Shown: in pieces, positions 10,354 to 20,579 of the stretch | How positions within the stretch are numbered: the stretch's first letter is position 1 | Layout: each line of letters begins with the position of its first letter | Origin: a virus | Reading direction: 5' to 3' (one strand) | DNA: 64,000 bases | Virus record (IMG/VR): IMGVR_UViG_3300046471_000128 | Location: 43,510-107,509 of that record | The notes under the pieces: generated by a model | The model's database searches: none | Told to the model about the DNA's origin: nothing | What the model saw: only the letters and a program-made list of their open reading frames with translations | Translations under genes and position numbers: made by a program

Positions 10354-11138
10354 GTGCGGGAAAGCCGAATGCGTTTGACGACGTAGCGGCCGAGCTCGTG
10401 CATGGCGCGTGCGCAGATCAGCTGGCGTGCCGGGCGCACCTGGCCGAACATGGTGGTCGAGCCGCCGACGGTTTCGGAGACGATGCCCTGCGCGCGCTTG
10501 GCGAGCACCGGGTCACCGCCGAGCAGGTCGTCCGCCTCCATGATCTGGGCGCGCTCGACCGCCTGGCGAAAGTCGATCGGCAGCGTCAGGTATTGCGCCT
10601 GAGTCATCTGGATGATCGAGTAGAGGCCGAACTCGGGCTGGATGTAGTTCTGCCAGTCCTGCGACCAGCGGTAGCGGTAGGACATCTGGCCGATGTTCAG
10701 CCGCGCCTGGATGAGTGCGGCGACCCGCTCGTCACGCGAGGCGTTGCCCCACGACGGCAGATTCGGGATGTCGAGCGCGATGAGCTCGGCCTTGTTGATG
10801 GTCTGGAATGAGTTGGTGCCGGGCACGAGCGGCTCGCTCGCCTCGATCACGTAGTTCTGGATCAGCAGGCGCGAGCCCGCGTCCGTCTTTGCCAGCACTT
10901 CGACCGTGCGCAGCGCGCGCATCGAACCGGCAGGCAGCGCGTTTTCACCGGCCCCCACCAGGATCGACACGGGGGCGCCGCCCGGGTCCAGCCACGGCAC
11001 CGGAATCGTGTCGATCAGCACGGTGCCGTCTTCGTCGAGCACGCGGTAGCTCGCCGAGGATGGCGTGAACGCGTTGCCCGAACTGTCCACGAACGGGATC
11101 GTCACGGTGACGTCTGCCCCGGCGAGATACTTTTCCAT
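10350..11138 (-). CDS. Head-tail connector with N-terminal beta domain
   Basis: NSF...W...R.AALIQA...GIVSETVG motif typical of adaptors. Confidence 0.6.
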   Translation of the reverse strand: MEKYLAGADVTVTIPFVDSSGNAFTPSSASYRVLDEDGTVLIDTIPVPWLDPGGAPVSILVGAGENALPAGSMRALRTVEVLAKTDAGSRLLIQNYVIEASEPLVPGTNSFQTINKAELIALDIPNLPSWGNASRDERVAALIQARLNIGQMSYRYRWSQDWQNYIQPEFGLYSIIQMTQAQYLTLPIDFRQAVERAQIMEADDLLGGDPVLAKRAQGIVSETVGGSTTMFGQVRPARQLICARAMHELGRYVVKRIRLSRT

Positions 11139-11141
11139 GCT

Positions 11142-11588
11142 TTACTCCGCAGCTTGCGTGGTGACGGCAGCCTCGGCAGGCGCAGCGGGTGCGACCGGTG
11201 CGACTTCAACCGGCGCCTGGGCAGCGAGGATCAACGCGATCAGGTCAGCGATGCCGCTTGCCTTTACGCCCAGCGGGTCGCCCACCACGCGCAGCGCCTT
11301 GATGCCACCCGTGCCGGCGATCTCTTCGAGCTCATCCTGCGTATAGGCGGCGCGCGGGGCCGGCGCGGGTTCTTCACCTTGCACCTGCATTGGCGTGCAC
11401 TTGCTGTCGAGGTCCTGCTGTGAGGCGCTCGGGTTCGTGCCGTCGAGCTGCTCGATCTGCACGATGTTCGCAAGGCGCGACGCCTCGCGCGGCAGCACAT
11501 CGGCGATCGATGTGCCGTCAGCGAACTCGACGCCGCCGAAGTTGCCCGTGTAGGTTTCCCAGCCGGCCTGAATCATTCGAATCTTCAT
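11142..11588 (-). CDS. Hypothetical structural-region protein with HeH/SAP-like C-terminus
   Basis: YTQDELEEIAG.GGIKALR.VG..LGVKA..IADLI; follows the capsid gene. Confidence 0.55.
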   Translation of the reverse strand: MKIRMIQAGWETYTGNFGGVEFADGTSIADVLPREASRLANIVQIEQLDGTNPSASQQDLDSKCTPMQVQGEEPAPAPRAAYTQDELEEIAGTGGIKALRVVGDPLGVKASGIADLIALILAAQAPVEVAPVAPAAPAEAAVTTQAAE

Positions 11589-11605
11589 ATCGTTCTCTCA
11601 TGGAA

Positions 11606-11634
11606 AAAGGGCATGAACCGAAGTCCATGCCCTT
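11606..11634 (-). terminator. Intrinsic terminator after the capsid gene
   Basis: aagggcatg-aaccgaagtc-catgccctt stem with A-run on the left (U-tract on - strand). Confidence 0.65.
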
Positions 11635-11676
11635 CATTTTAAAGCAGAATAAGTCACGGATGACTTATTGTCCGCC

Positions 11677-12579
11677 TTAAACGTTGGTGATGCCGCGCAG
11701 ACGTGCCAGCGAGCGCGTGGACTTCAGCGCCGAGCCGCAATACCACTTCACGCGGATACGGTCGGCGTCCTTGTTCTGGACCGTGCCGATGTCTTCCACG
11801 CGGATGCCCGCGTCCTTGCCGCCCCACAGACCGTGGAAGCCGTCGAGCTCGTTCAGGCGAACCGCGTAGACCGAGCACGTATTCAGATTCGTGCCCATGT
11901 CTTCGTCACCTGCGAGCCAGTCGTTGCGCAGAATCGGAATCCCGTTGTGGCCGAGCACTGCCTGGCCGAAGTTGGGGATCTCGATCATCGCCGGCTGGAT
12001 GCCGCCGGTTGCATACAGCAACGAGCGATATGCGCGAATCGTGCCCGCGCGCATCACGAACGCGTCAGCGCCGTTGATCACCGCGTCGGCCAGTTGGTCG
12101 AGCATGTTCAGCGTGAGCGCTGAACCGTTCACACCCGCGTCGAGCGTCATCGGGGCCGACACCAGCTGCGGCAGGCCGTCGAATTCCTTCGTGTTCACGG
12201 AGCTGTTGCCCTGTGCGATGGTCTTCTTGAACTTGCGTGCGACTGCCTTGGCCTTCAGACCGATCTGCGTTGCGCGCTGATCGTTCGTGTCCGACTCGGT
12301 TTCTTGCAGGAACTTGTCGACGTCCACGTCACCCGCGAGGATGCGCAGCTTCGACACGACTTCCGTGAACGTGCCGGCCGATTCGTTCACCGTGTCGTTC
12401 GGCGACAGGAAGTCGGCGTCCGGCAGGGTGTTTTCACGGTCATACACATACGCTTTGCCGTTGATACCCACGAACGGCAGAAGGGCGAAGAGCTCATCCT
12501 TTTCGATGATTTCCTCGATGACGCCGGCGACCAGCTGGTTATTACTCAGCTTGTCCGCTTCGACTTGCAGCAATGGCAT
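11677..12579 (-). CDS. Major capsid protein
   Basis: 300 aa; GVIEEI...LPF..ING...GDVDVDKF...FDGL...RVKWYCG...ARLRGI. Confidence 0.9.
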   Translation of the reverse strand: MPLLQVEADKLSNNQLVAGVIEEIIEKDELFALLPFVGINGKAYVYDRENTLPDADFLSPNDTVNESAGTFTEVVSKLRILAGDVDVDKFLQETESDTNDQRATQIGLKAKAVARKFKKTIAQGNSSVNTKEFDGLPQLVSAPMTLDAGVNGSALTLNMLDQLADAVINGADAFVMRAGTIRAYRSLLYATGGIQPAMIEIPNFGQAVLGHNGIPILRNDWLAGDEDMGTNLNTCSVYAVRLNELDGFHGLWGGKDAGIRVEDIGTVQNKDADRIRVKWYCGSALKSTRSLARLRGITNV

Positions 12580-12664
12580 GGCTTTTTCCTTTCGAAAGAA
12601 TCGGGATATAGTAACCCGTCACTTACTTTATCAGGAAGGTGACGGGTTTACAAGCAAAACAGCC

Positions 12665-13549
12665 TTACTTCAGGCCCGCCTTAGCCAGCCCTGCGGCGAT
12701 CTTCGAGCGACCCGTGCCGACGGTTGCCGAGTTGGGCTTCGCGCCCGGCACCGAGGCCGCGTTCGTGATCGAACCGGCGCCCGCTTTGAGCTTCGACTTG
12801 CGCAGGGTGTCCTTGTCCGGGTCCAGCTCGACCAGCTTCTCGATCGCGGCTTCGAACGCGAGCGGCTCGCCCTTGCTATCGACCAGCACGTTGCGGTCTT
12901 TCGAACCCGCAGGCTTGTCGAACGCGACGACCCCACCGTCCTTGAACTCGAAGTGGCTACCGTAGACCCGGCGGGCCTTAGCAACAGAGAGAGTGAGCTC
13001 CTCGGCGATGAACTTGGAGGTGCCAAAGGCGTTGCCCACCGTCAGTTCTGCGATCTGCGAAGCCAGCTCGACTACACGCTGCTCGGCGGCGCTCTTGCCG
13101 TCGCGTTCAGCCTGCAGTTCCTTGCCGTGTTGCTCGACCATCTGGGCCTTCAACGAGTCCCATTGGCCCTTCGCTTCCAGCTGCGCGATTTCGGCGTCTT
13201 TCTTTGCCTGCACCAGCGCTCGCAGTTCCTTCGGGTCCAGACCATCGAATTCCTTCAGGCGAGCATTCGCTTGCTCGAGCTGAGTGGCGGTGGCCCTGAG
13301 CTTGTCCTTCTTATCCATCACTTCGCGCAGCAACGCGGCCTCTTCGTCGCTCGGCTTCTTGCCGCGAACACGCTCGGCCTCGGCGCGTTCAGCTTCAGCG
13401 CGCTCAGCCTCCTTGGCTGCCGCCGCAAGTTTCGCCGCTTCGTCGTCACCGCCCGACGCGCCGCCTACGCCACCGCCACCAGAGCCGCCTTCGCCCTCGG
13501 GTGCCATGTAGCCGCCGCGCATCATCAAATGCATCAGGAACTTGTTCAT
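12665..13549 (-). CDS. Capsid scaffolding protein
   Basis: Charged coiled-coil between portal and capsid genes. Confidence 0.75.
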   Translation of the reverse strand: MNKFLMHLMMRGGYMAPEGEGGSGGGGVGGASGGDDEAAKLAAAAKEAERAEAERAEAERVRGKKPSDEEAALLREVMDKKDKLRATATQLEQANARLKEFDGLDPKELRALVQAKKDAEIAQLEAKGQWDSLKAQMVEQHGKELQAERDGKSAAEQRVVELASQIAELTVGNAFGTSKFIAEELTLSVAKARRVYGSHFEFKDGGVVAFDKPAGSKDRNVLVDSKGEPLAFEAAIEKLVELDPDKDTLRKSKLKAGAGSITNAASVPGAKPNSATVGTGRSKIAAGLAKAGLK

Positions 13550-13625
13550 CTCTTTGCTGCCTTTACGTGTGAGCGTTCTCTCGCTCGGGTTGTGTCAGTG
13601 AGGCCGTTCACTTGGCCCGGTCGTG

Positions 13626-15191
13626 TTACGTGGACTTCAACATCTGATTCGCGACGGTTTTGCCACCCATCTTCTGAATCTCGGCGCTAGACATAGGCGA
13701 CTGTCCCGCGCCAGGTGCAGCCAGTGCGTCCACCGGCGGCCAGCTTTTCAACTCGCCTTTCATCTTCGTGATCAGGTCTTCCTTGAGCATCGGGAAGAGC
13801 TTGTCGATCACCGAGTCCATCTGCTGACGACGCACGCCCTCGGGCGCTTCAATCATCGCGAGGCGCGCGGCGATATCGAACTCGTCATACAGCCCGCGAA
13901 CATCGAAGTTCTTCGGGTAGGCGACCATCTGCTTCGTCACGTCGGTGGCGGTCGCATCGGGCGCCGTGTCAATCGGCTGGCCGTTGTAGAGCGCGACCAG
14001 TTGACAGAGCTTGCGTTCGACCTGTTCCAGCGCGTCGGCCTTGGCCGCCAGCAACGAATTCACTCGCTCGAAGTCGTATGCCTTTGCCACGCCGGAGCTG
14101 TTGTCGATGCCCTGCGAGTTGTCTTCCTTGGTGCGCTCGCCGGCGAGGCCGATCGAGTGGTAAATCTCGTTGATGATCTTGGAGATCACCTTGACGATCA
14201 GGTCCGCCTGCTTGACGTCCGGACTGATGAACCCGGGTTTGTCGCCGCCCGAGGCGTCGTAGGTGAAAATCCGCTTGGTGCCCATCTCCACCAGCTTGTC
14301 GTGCGCCTCGTCGCCGGCGGTGAGTGCCTGCGCGGGGATCACCAGCTGGCTGAAGGTCTGGTCCTGAATGATCGCGTCGAGGTTCGACAGGTAGTTCGCG
14401 ACCGCGCGGTCCAGATACGCGGCGTCGGCGATCAGCGCGGGCGACGTGTAGGGGTCGTCGGAGATCACGTTGTCGGCGGCGAACACCGGCACCACGCCCA
14501 GCCCGTGCACGATCGGATCGTTCACGACGATGGTCTTCTTGCCCTTCGAATCCACATCGACCTGGAACATCTGCGAGAAATCGCGCGTCCACAGGCGGTA
14601 GCGGTCGATCAGCTTGCCGCTTGACTCCATCGGGTCGGCGTCATCGCGTGCCGTCTCGTAGATCAGAATCCACTGCAGCTTCGCCAGGTCGTCATAGCTC
14701 ATGTCGAGCACATGCTGGGGCTTGACGATGTAGGCGTAGACGCGCGCGTCGGCGGCCTTCTCGTCGGCCTTGGTGGTGATGTCGGCGGTCTTCGTCGAAT
14801 CGACCACGATCCACGGCCGGCCGTAGGTTGACGCTCGGTTGCTCACGCGCTTCATGAAGTCGTCGATGGGCGACTCATTGAGTGTGGCGCGCTTCCAGAA
14901 GCTCTTGATGCACTCGGGCGCGTCGTCGTTGCGCTTGATGTCGATCTTGAACACGTATTTGTCCAACAGATCGACCACTTCGCGCGTGTGATTGAAGCGG
15001 TAGGCCCGCTGCAGCCGATGGCGATACTCCTGCTCGCCCTCTTTCACGTATTTGTGCAGGTTTTGCTTAAACCACGCCCGGCCACCCTCGTAAGTGGATT
15101 CCAGGAAGTCCCAATGCGCTTCCATCTCGGCAAACACCGGGTGGCGACGCTTGATGAACTGTTCGAGCTTCTTCTGCTGACTGAGTGCCAT
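13626..15191 (-). CDS. Portal protein (start likely MALSQ at 15191)
   Basis: About 520 aa after terminase; RHP...W......Y.GG, E...Y..RL..A...N, SGVAKAYDF motifs. Confidence 0.88.
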   Translation of the reverse strand: MALSQQKKLEQFIKRRHPVFAEMEAHWDFLESTYEGGRAWFKQNLHKYVKEGEQEYRHRLQRAYRFNHTREVVDLLDKYVFKIDIKRNDDAPECIKSFWKRATLNESPIDDFMKRVSNRASTYGRPWIVVDSTKTADITTKADEKAADARVYAYIVKPQHVLDMSYDDLAKLQWILIYETARDDADPMESSGKLIDRYRLWTRDFSQMFQVDVDSKGKKTIVVNDPIVHGLGVVPVFAADNVISDDPYTSPALIADAAYLDRAVANYLSNLDAIIQDQTFSQLVIPAQALTAGDEAHDKLVEMGTKRIFTYDASGGDKPGFISPDVKQADLIVKVISKIINEIYHSIGLAGERTKEDNSQGIDNSSGVAKAYDFERVNSLLAAKADALEQVERKLCQLVALYNGQPIDTAPDATATDVTKQMVAYPKNFDVRGLYDEFDIAARLAMIEAPEGVRRQQMDSVIDKLFPMLKEDLITKMKGELKSWPPVDALAAPGAGQSPMSSAEIQKMGGKTVANQMLKST

Positions 15192-15245
15192 ATATGCCTG
15201 TGCGTGAAAAACAGGTGACAAAGTCACCTGTTACTTATTTTAAGA

Positions 15246-16532
15246 TCAAATGGATACGCCTGCAATCGTTACTTCGCGCACCGGGAACATGTATTGGATC
15301 GGGTAGCCGAGCGCATCGCCCATGTGATCCACGCCCATGCTCTTGTCGACCTCGCGGCCGCCCTCCTCATAAATCGTCTGTTCGAGCGCGCGGATCACCT
15401 CCTTGCACGGCTTGTTGACCTTCAGCTTGATCTTGCCGTCGGCCGCGCGCAGCATGCGGTTCACCGCGTTCACCCGGTCAGCCACTGGCGGGTGCTTCTT
15501 GTGATAGACGATGTGCTTGAAGCCCTTTTCCTTGAAGATGTCCAGGTCCGACTCGCCGCGTGCGTGCTGGCGATAGCCGCCGGCCGGGTCAGGGAAGATC
15601 GTCGTGCGCTTCATGAGCTTCCAGTAGAGGCGCTCGAGCTCGTTGCTGACCTCCTCGGTGTTCGAGGACTTGAGCGACAGCTCGTGCACCACCCACACCT
15701 CGCCGTTTTCCTGCGGCTGCAAGATGCAGGAGCTCATCGGGTCGATGTTAAAGTCCTGCCCCACCCAGATCGGCAGGGCCGGATTGAACGGGAAGTCGCC
15801 AACGTGCGTCTTCCGGTCGAACGGGTAATAGACCCGGCCGCTCATCGTCTCGAACGAAGCCTCAAATTCCTGCTTGAACGACTTCTCGTCCATGTCGGCG
15901 CGCGCAGCCTCGATTTCAGAGGCCGGGATGAACGGCGACGTGATGGTCGGGAACTGCCAGCTCTTCCAGCGGCCGAGGATCTGGTTCTTCGGGTCCTGCC
16001 CGAGCGCATACAGGTCGTAGAGGAAGTTGTAGGACTTCGGCGTGCCGATGAAGAGAGCGTGGCCGCCGGTTGACGCGAGCGTCGGGCGCAGCACCTTCTT
16101 CCAGGCTTCCGGGTTGATGTCCTGCACCTCGTCCATGACGAGAAAGTGCACGCCCACGCCGCGCAGCGAGTCAGGGTTGTCCGCGCCCTTCAGTTCGATC
16201 CGGGTGCCGTTGACCAGGATGATCGTGAGGGTCGTCTCGTTGACCTTTCGAATCCAGCGCTTTGGGATCGACGCGAGCAGGTCCGGCCACATGATCTGCT
16301 TTGCCATCCGGTAAGACGGCGCCACATACCACACGAGGCGCTTGGGCACTTTCGCGTATTTGATGAGCGAGACTTTGGCGAGGACCGTTTTGCCCCAGCG
16401 TCGCCCCGCCACGACCACGCGAAAGCGGTGCGGCGAGCGAAACACCTCCATCTGCTTCGGATGGAGGAAAATCGTCTGCAACTCACTCGCGATCGCCGAG
16501 ATGGTCGGCAGTCCGGGCTCACGCAGGCGCAT
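15246..16532 (-). CDS. terL: Terminase large subunit
   Basis: Walker A AGRRWGKT, Walker B LVMDE, GTP coupling motif, nuclease GQDFN...DH.GDA. Confidence 0.95.
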   Translation of the reverse strand: MRLREPGLPTISAIASELQTIFLHPKQMEVFRSPHRFRVVVAGRRWGKTVLAKVSLIKYAKVPKRLVWYVAPSYRMAKQIMWPDLLASIPKRWIRKVNETTLTIILVNGTRIELKGADNPDSLRGVGVHFLVMDEVQDINPEAWKKVLRPTLASTGGHALFIGTPKSYNFLYDLYALGQDPKNQILGRWKSWQFPTITSPFIPASEIEAARADMDEKSFKQEFEASFETMSGRVYYPFDRKTHVGDFPFNPALPIWVGQDFNIDPMSSCILQPQENGEVWVVHELSLKSSNTEEVSNELERLYWKLMKRTTIFPDPAGGYRQHARGESDLDIFKEKGFKHIVYHKKHPPVADRVNAVNRMLRAADGKIKLKVNKPCKEVIRALEQTIYEEGGREVDKSMGVDHMGDALGYPIQYMFPVREVTIAGVSI

Positions 16533-17187
16533 CGTCGTCCTCGTCGTCGAGGCTGCCCTCACCCGGGCCCGGCAGCGCCGCCATCACCTCCGCGTCGCCC
16601 ATGTCGAGGCCGGAGTCTTCCTGACGCTGCTGCATCTCGAGGATCTGGTCCGCGGTCATCTCCTGGATGCCCAGCTCCGGAAGCTCGTCTTCGTCGTTCT
16701 TCTCGCCGTCGGCGATGCCCAGCAGGATGAAGCGCTCCTCGCGCAGCGTGGAGAGCGCCTCGGCCGCGAGCTTGAGCGTCTTGATCTCGTTCTGGACGGT
16801 GGCGAACGGGCGCTTGGTCTGCTGCGCCTCGAGCAACTGCTTCTGGATCAGCCCCGCGATCACCTTCGCCGCGTTGTAATGCGACTCCTTCGTCTCGCGA
16901 ATCCGCCCGGCAATCACGCCCGCGTCGCCCGTGAGTTGCTGGTGCACCTGCTGTTGAACCGCGGCATGCACTTGGGCGCGTTTAGAGCCCTTCTCAGCGC
17001 CCGCCTTCGCGAACATGAAGCTCAGCGCGCGCGGGGTGCGGTGGAAGCGCTTGGAGAGGTCGTCAAGCGTCACCTCGCCCGATTCCCAGAGCGCGATGAT
17101 CTCCGCCTTCTGCTTCTCGGTGAGCGACTTGCTGCCGACCGTGCGACCCCCGCCTTTCTTCGGGGGCGTCTTCGTCTGTTCCGTCAC
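16519..17187 (-). CDS. terS: Terminase small subunit (HTH)
   Basis: N-terminal HTH (LTEKQKAEIIALWESGEVTLDDLSKRF), overlaps terL start. Confidence 0.75.
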   Translation of the reverse strand: MTEQTKTPPKKGGGRTVGSKSLTEKQKAEIIALWESGEVTLDDLSKRFHRTPRALSFMFAKAGAEKGSKRAQVHAAVQQQVHQQLTGDAGVIAGRIRETKESHYNAAKVIAGLIQKQLLEAQQTKRPFATVQNEIKTLKLAAEALSTLREERFILLGIADGEKNDEDELPELGIQEMTADQILEMQQRQEDSGLDMGDAEVMAALPGPGEGSLDDEDDDAPA

Positions 17188-17393
17188 GATTCGATTCCCG
17201 CAAAAAAAATGGGGCAGCCGTGTCGGTCTGCCCCTTGGAGGTGTTGCTTGAGGAGCAAACTATAACCCGGCCGCAGCCTTGTGTAAATAACCCATAACTT
17301 ATTTTGTGGGCCAGTCTTTCCCACCCGCGTCCTGCTACTCATGCTTCATCGTCCTTTTCCCGAGCCGGGGTCTACCTGACAGAAACCTTACTT

Positions 17394-17495
17394 ACTTATC
17401 ACTTTTTGGGGGTTCCCATAGTTTTTAAAATGTAATTAGTAGTTGTTTTTAAAAAAGGGGATATATATAGAGGGAACCCCCAAAAAGTGATAAGT
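17394..17495. repeat. Perfect 24-bp inverted repeat flanking a 54-bp AT-rich spacer
   Basis: acttatcactttttgggggttccc (17394-17417) and gggaacccccaaaaagtgataagt (17472-17495). Confidence 0.95.
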
Positions 17496-17523
17496 GGTAA
17501 AAACTACAAAATTTGCTTACTTT

Positions 17524-17976
17524 TTAATCAAAAACGATCTCTTCGAGAGAAATCTCCGGCTCGGGAAAAGAAAGCTCCGGGAGAGAAACCAGCTGCGGCT
17601 CGGGTAAGTTATGGCTTAGTTCCTGAGCCTCGACTTCCACAGTGACCTGCGGCTCGGGAAGAATTTCGGCCGAACCCACCGCGGCTCCCGGACCCGGTGC
17701 CGGCCGACCGGTGCCGCCGACCACGGCCCGTCCGAGATCCGTCGGCCGAACCAGACGTCGCAGGCGGCCGCGCCGGTGCTCGGCGAAGCTGCGGTCGATC
17801 AGACCGTGCCGCTCGATCGCGCGCAGGCTGAACTGCAGGCTCTCCTTGGTCGTCTTGTAGGTGAGGCGCTCAAGAAGCTGGTCGAGGTCAACCGCGGCGC
17901 CCTCAGAGGCCCCGGCGACGACCACCTTCATGATCTCGATCTGCTTGATGGTCAGATTCATCGCGGCCGGCAGCAC
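17524..17976 (-). CDS. Winged-helix (MarR-like) DNA-binding protein with acidic tail
   Basis: LTIKQIEIM...DLDQLLERL...SLQFSLRAIERHGLI...RRGR...PTDLGR. Confidence 0.7.
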   Translation of the reverse strand: MLPAAMNLTIKQIEIMKVVVAGASEGAAVDLDQLLERLTYKTTKESLQFSLRAIERHGLIDRSFAEHRRGRLRRLVRPTDLGRAVVGGTGRPAPGPGAAVGSAEILPEPQVTVEVEAQELSHNLPEPQLVSLPELSFPEPEISLEEIVFD

Positions 17977-18179
17977 CAGAAGTGATCGCCCTGCTCCGAG
18001 TGCGCGAGCGCCCGGCTGACCGTCGCGTATTCGTCCGCGCTGGGCGTGCGCACCCAGATCACGAAGTCATAGGCGCGGCCGCGGGCCTGGTCGGCCTCGT
18101 CGATCGATTCCATCGTCCAGGGCGAGAGGGCGCCCTTCGTGCCCACGATAGCGAGCGTCTTGGCGGTCGTCTTGATCAT
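17958..18179 (-). CDS. Hypothetical protein
   Basis: 73 aa ORF translationally coupled within the operon. Confidence 0.45.
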   Translation of the reverse strand: MIKTTAKTLAIVGTKGALSPWTMESIDEADQARGRAYDFVIWVRTPSADEYATVSRALAHSEQGDHFWCCRPR

Positions 18180-19165
18180 GCTGTCTCCTGAGTGGCGAGT
18201 AAGTCGAGGCGCAACGGTTCGTCGACGCCTTGGTTTTCGAAAGCGGCGAGCGGGATGCGCGCCGGCAGCGGGCGCATCGCCTGTGTGTTCGGATCCCAGT
18301 CGGGGTTGGTCCAGGCGGCATACACGGTCGCGCCGAACACGAGCTGCTGGGTCTGTTTGAGGAGATACCCGAGCTCCATCGTCTCGACGCGGCTGGTGCC
18401 GTTTAGCCGGTTGTCGCCCGACTTCTCCATCGAGCTGTTGCGGTAATAGAAGGCTCGGAGCTCCTTCAACGTGTGCTCGCGCAGGTAATCGGGCATCGCC
18501 TCGATCTCCGCCTTGATCGCCACGTAGTCGTAGGCCGGGCTCTTGAAGTGGCGCGCGAAGAACGCCAGGCCCGACTCGAACGCCGGCGCCGACTTCGGCT
18601 TCACGAAGCGCATGCCGGCCTTGATCGAGAACGGGTTGTAGCGGCTCATCGAGCTGCGGCTCTCCACATACCGGAAGCCCATCAGCCGGTAGCCGATGTT
18701 CTTGAAGCGGTAGGCAATGCCGCCGCCCCGATACATCGTGTCGAGCACCGTGCGTGAGGACAGGATCAGGTTCTTGTTGATCCAGGCCATGCGCTGCACG
18801 TTGATGAGACGCGTGTCGCGGCCGTTCTGGTTCGGCCGCATGTGCGGGAACACCTGATTGCGCCCGGAATCGAGCGGCTTGGGCACCGTGAACACCATCA
18901 CGCCGATCGTGAGCGGCGGATTCTCGCCGTCGTCGATCACCAGGCGCACGTAGCGCGGGCCGATGCCGTTCTGGCTCGCCTTGTAGTGGAGCTCATGCAA
19001 GAGCTGCCAGTCCTCCAGCGTGCCGCGCTCGACATACATGTGCTTCACGAGCGACAGGGGGCGCGTGCCGGCCGCCGGGTCACGCCAGGCGATGATCGGG
19101 CTGTCCGGATCGTCCGAGGCCGTGATCGGCCCGGCAAGGTTCAGGGCGGAGGCCGGCGCGTTCAT
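18176..19165 (-). CDS. GNAT-fold (Mom-like) acyltransferase candidate (start MNAPASA at 19165)
   Basis: Acyl-CoA-binding motif A SRTVLDTMYRGGGIA; motif B-like NPFSIKAGM; N-terminal LHY. Confidence 0.65.
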   Translation of the reverse strand: MNAPASALNLAGPITASDDPDSPIIAWRDPAAGTRPLSLVKHMYVERGTLEDWQLLHELHYKASQNGIGPRYVRLVIDDGENPPLTIGVMVFTVPKPLDSGRNQVFPHMRPNQNGRDTRLINVQRMAWINKNLILSSRTVLDTMYRGGGIAYRFKNIGYRLMGFRYVESRSSMSRYNPFSIKAGMRFVKPKSAPAFESGLAFFARHFKSPAYDYVAIKAEIEAMPDYLREHTLKELRAFYYRNSSMEKSGDNRLNGTSRVETMELGYLLKQTQQLVFGATVYAAWTNPDWDPNTQAMRPLPARIPLAAFENQGVDEPLRLDLLATQETA

Positions 19166-19491
19166 TCGAAATCCAGCCCGTCGGTGATGACGTAGTTGGC
19201 CGCGAGCCACTCCTTGATCTGCGCCTTGGTGCGTGCCCCGACGAACTGGCTCCTGACGACGGTGTTCTGGAGCACCCGCACGTTCGGCACGTTGCGCACG
19301 CCAAGCGTCTGCAGCTCGGCTTCCGAGAAGTCGGTCACGCAAAGCTCGTGGTAGCCGAAGCCATAGTCGGCCTTGAGCGCCTGGAGCGCGGGCTTCACCA
19401 CCTTGCAGGGGCCGCACCACGGCGCCGTGAAGATCACGACCTGCGGGCGGTGGGAGGAATCAACGAGTGCTGCGTCGTATTGCGGTTTCAT
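19162..19491 (-). CDS. Thioredoxin
   Basis: WCGPC active site, cis-Pro motif GVRNVP. Confidence 0.9.
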   Translation of the reverse strand: MKPQYDAALVDSSHRPQVVIFTAPWCGPCKVVKPALQALKADYGFGYHELCVTDFSEAELQTLGVRNVPNVRVLQNTVVRSQFVGARTKAQIKEWLAANYVITDGLDFE

Positions 19492-20207
19492 CAGGCCATC
19501 CGTTTCAAAAGTTCAAATGCTTCGTCGCGAGTCATCGCGCGATGCCCCTCTGCCGCGTCAGCAAGCTCGCGGTGGGCTTCGATGCGTAACTTCTCCCGGT
19601 AACGCTTCTCGATGTAGAGAGACGGCTGGAGGTCTTCCACGAGGTCGAGGTGGGTCGTTGCGACGATCACCGTCGCATTGACCTTGCGGGCGGTCTTCTG
19701 CAGCGCGAACGCGATCACCTTGGCGGCGGTCCGGTCAAGCACCGCCATGAACTCGTCGGCGACCCAGACGTCGGCCTGGCTCTCGATGGCTTTGGCGAGC
19801 TTGAAGCGGTAGCGCTGGCCGTCAGAGAGCTCGCCGGGCTTACGAATGAAGAGGTAGGCGTCGTTGAGGCCGGCGATCGACAGGAGGCGAATCGCGTCGT
19901 TGGTCGAGGTGCCGATCTGGTCGATCAGCGGCAGGTCGGGGTCGAGCGCCACCTCGTCGAGGTTGGCGACCTTCTGCCCTTCGGCAGCCATCTGGTGCGC
20001 GAGCTCGCGCAGGAGCAGCGACTTGCCCGAGCCCGACTGGCCGGTGATGTAGACGACATCGCCCCGCACCACGTCGAGGTCGAGCTTGTCGAAGATCACG
20101 AATTCCTTGTCGTCCAGGCCCAGGCCGAACGCTTCAGCGACTTCGACGACGCGCTGGCTGCGGGCCACGCGCGTGTGGAATCGCTTGTCGATGGTGTAGA
20201 TGCTCAT
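19491..20207 (-). CDS. Stand-alone ABC-type ATPase with no permease
   Basis: GQSGSGKS, signature LSDGQ, Walker B VADE, H-loop ATTH. Confidence 0.9.
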   Translation of the reverse strand: MSIYTIDKRFHTRVARSQRVVEVAEAFGLGLDDKEFVIFDKLDLDVVRGDVVYITGQSGSGKSLLLRELAHQMAAEGQKVANLDEVALDPDLPLIDQIGTSTNDAIRLLSIAGLNDAYLFIRKPGELSDGQRYRFKLAKAIESQADVWVADEFMAVLDRTAAKVIAFALQKTARKVNATVIVATTHLDLVEDLQPSLYIEKRYREKLRIEAHRELADAAEGHRAMTRDEAFELLKRMA

Positions 20208-20572
20208 GCTGGGTATGTCGGGTAGTGGCTATTGAGGCGGGAGAACCAGTCCCAGTAGCCGAGGTTGTCTTGCCAGAAGGCGCACAGGCCGTTTGCCGTG
20301 AGCGTGGTGAAGTCCTCTTCCGTGCTGGAGTTCTCCAGCCCGTAGACCCAATGGATCGCGTGCAGGCACTCGTGCAGGAAGGTGTTCGCGAGCTTCTGGG
20401 GCGTCATGCCGGGCTGCAGTCGGATGCGCTGGCCGATCGTGTTGCAGTGGCCGAACTCACGGTTGCCCTCGGCGTCGTGCTGGCTCATCAGCTCCACGAC
20501 GAACCAGTAGTTGCCTACGCGCACCGCGCGGGGCATGTCCTTGTAAGGATCAAAAACGGCGATATCAGTCAC
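20204..20572 (-). CDS. HExxH zinc metallopeptidase-like protein
   Basis: TFLHECLHAI...EE motif. Confidence 0.65.
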   Translation of the reverse strand: MTDIAVFDPYKDMPRAVRVGNYWFVVELMSQHDAEGNREFGHCNTIGQRIRLQPGMTPQKLANTFLHECLHAIHWVYGLENSSTEEDFTTLTANGLCAFWQDNLGYWDWFSRLNSHYPTYPA

Positions 20573-20579
20573 GGGTAAC

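Noticed and set aside
19491-20207. ABC transporter, or Dnd/Ssp phosphorothioation
   Set aside because: No permease; no cysteine desulfurase or PAPS-reductase-like gene in the window
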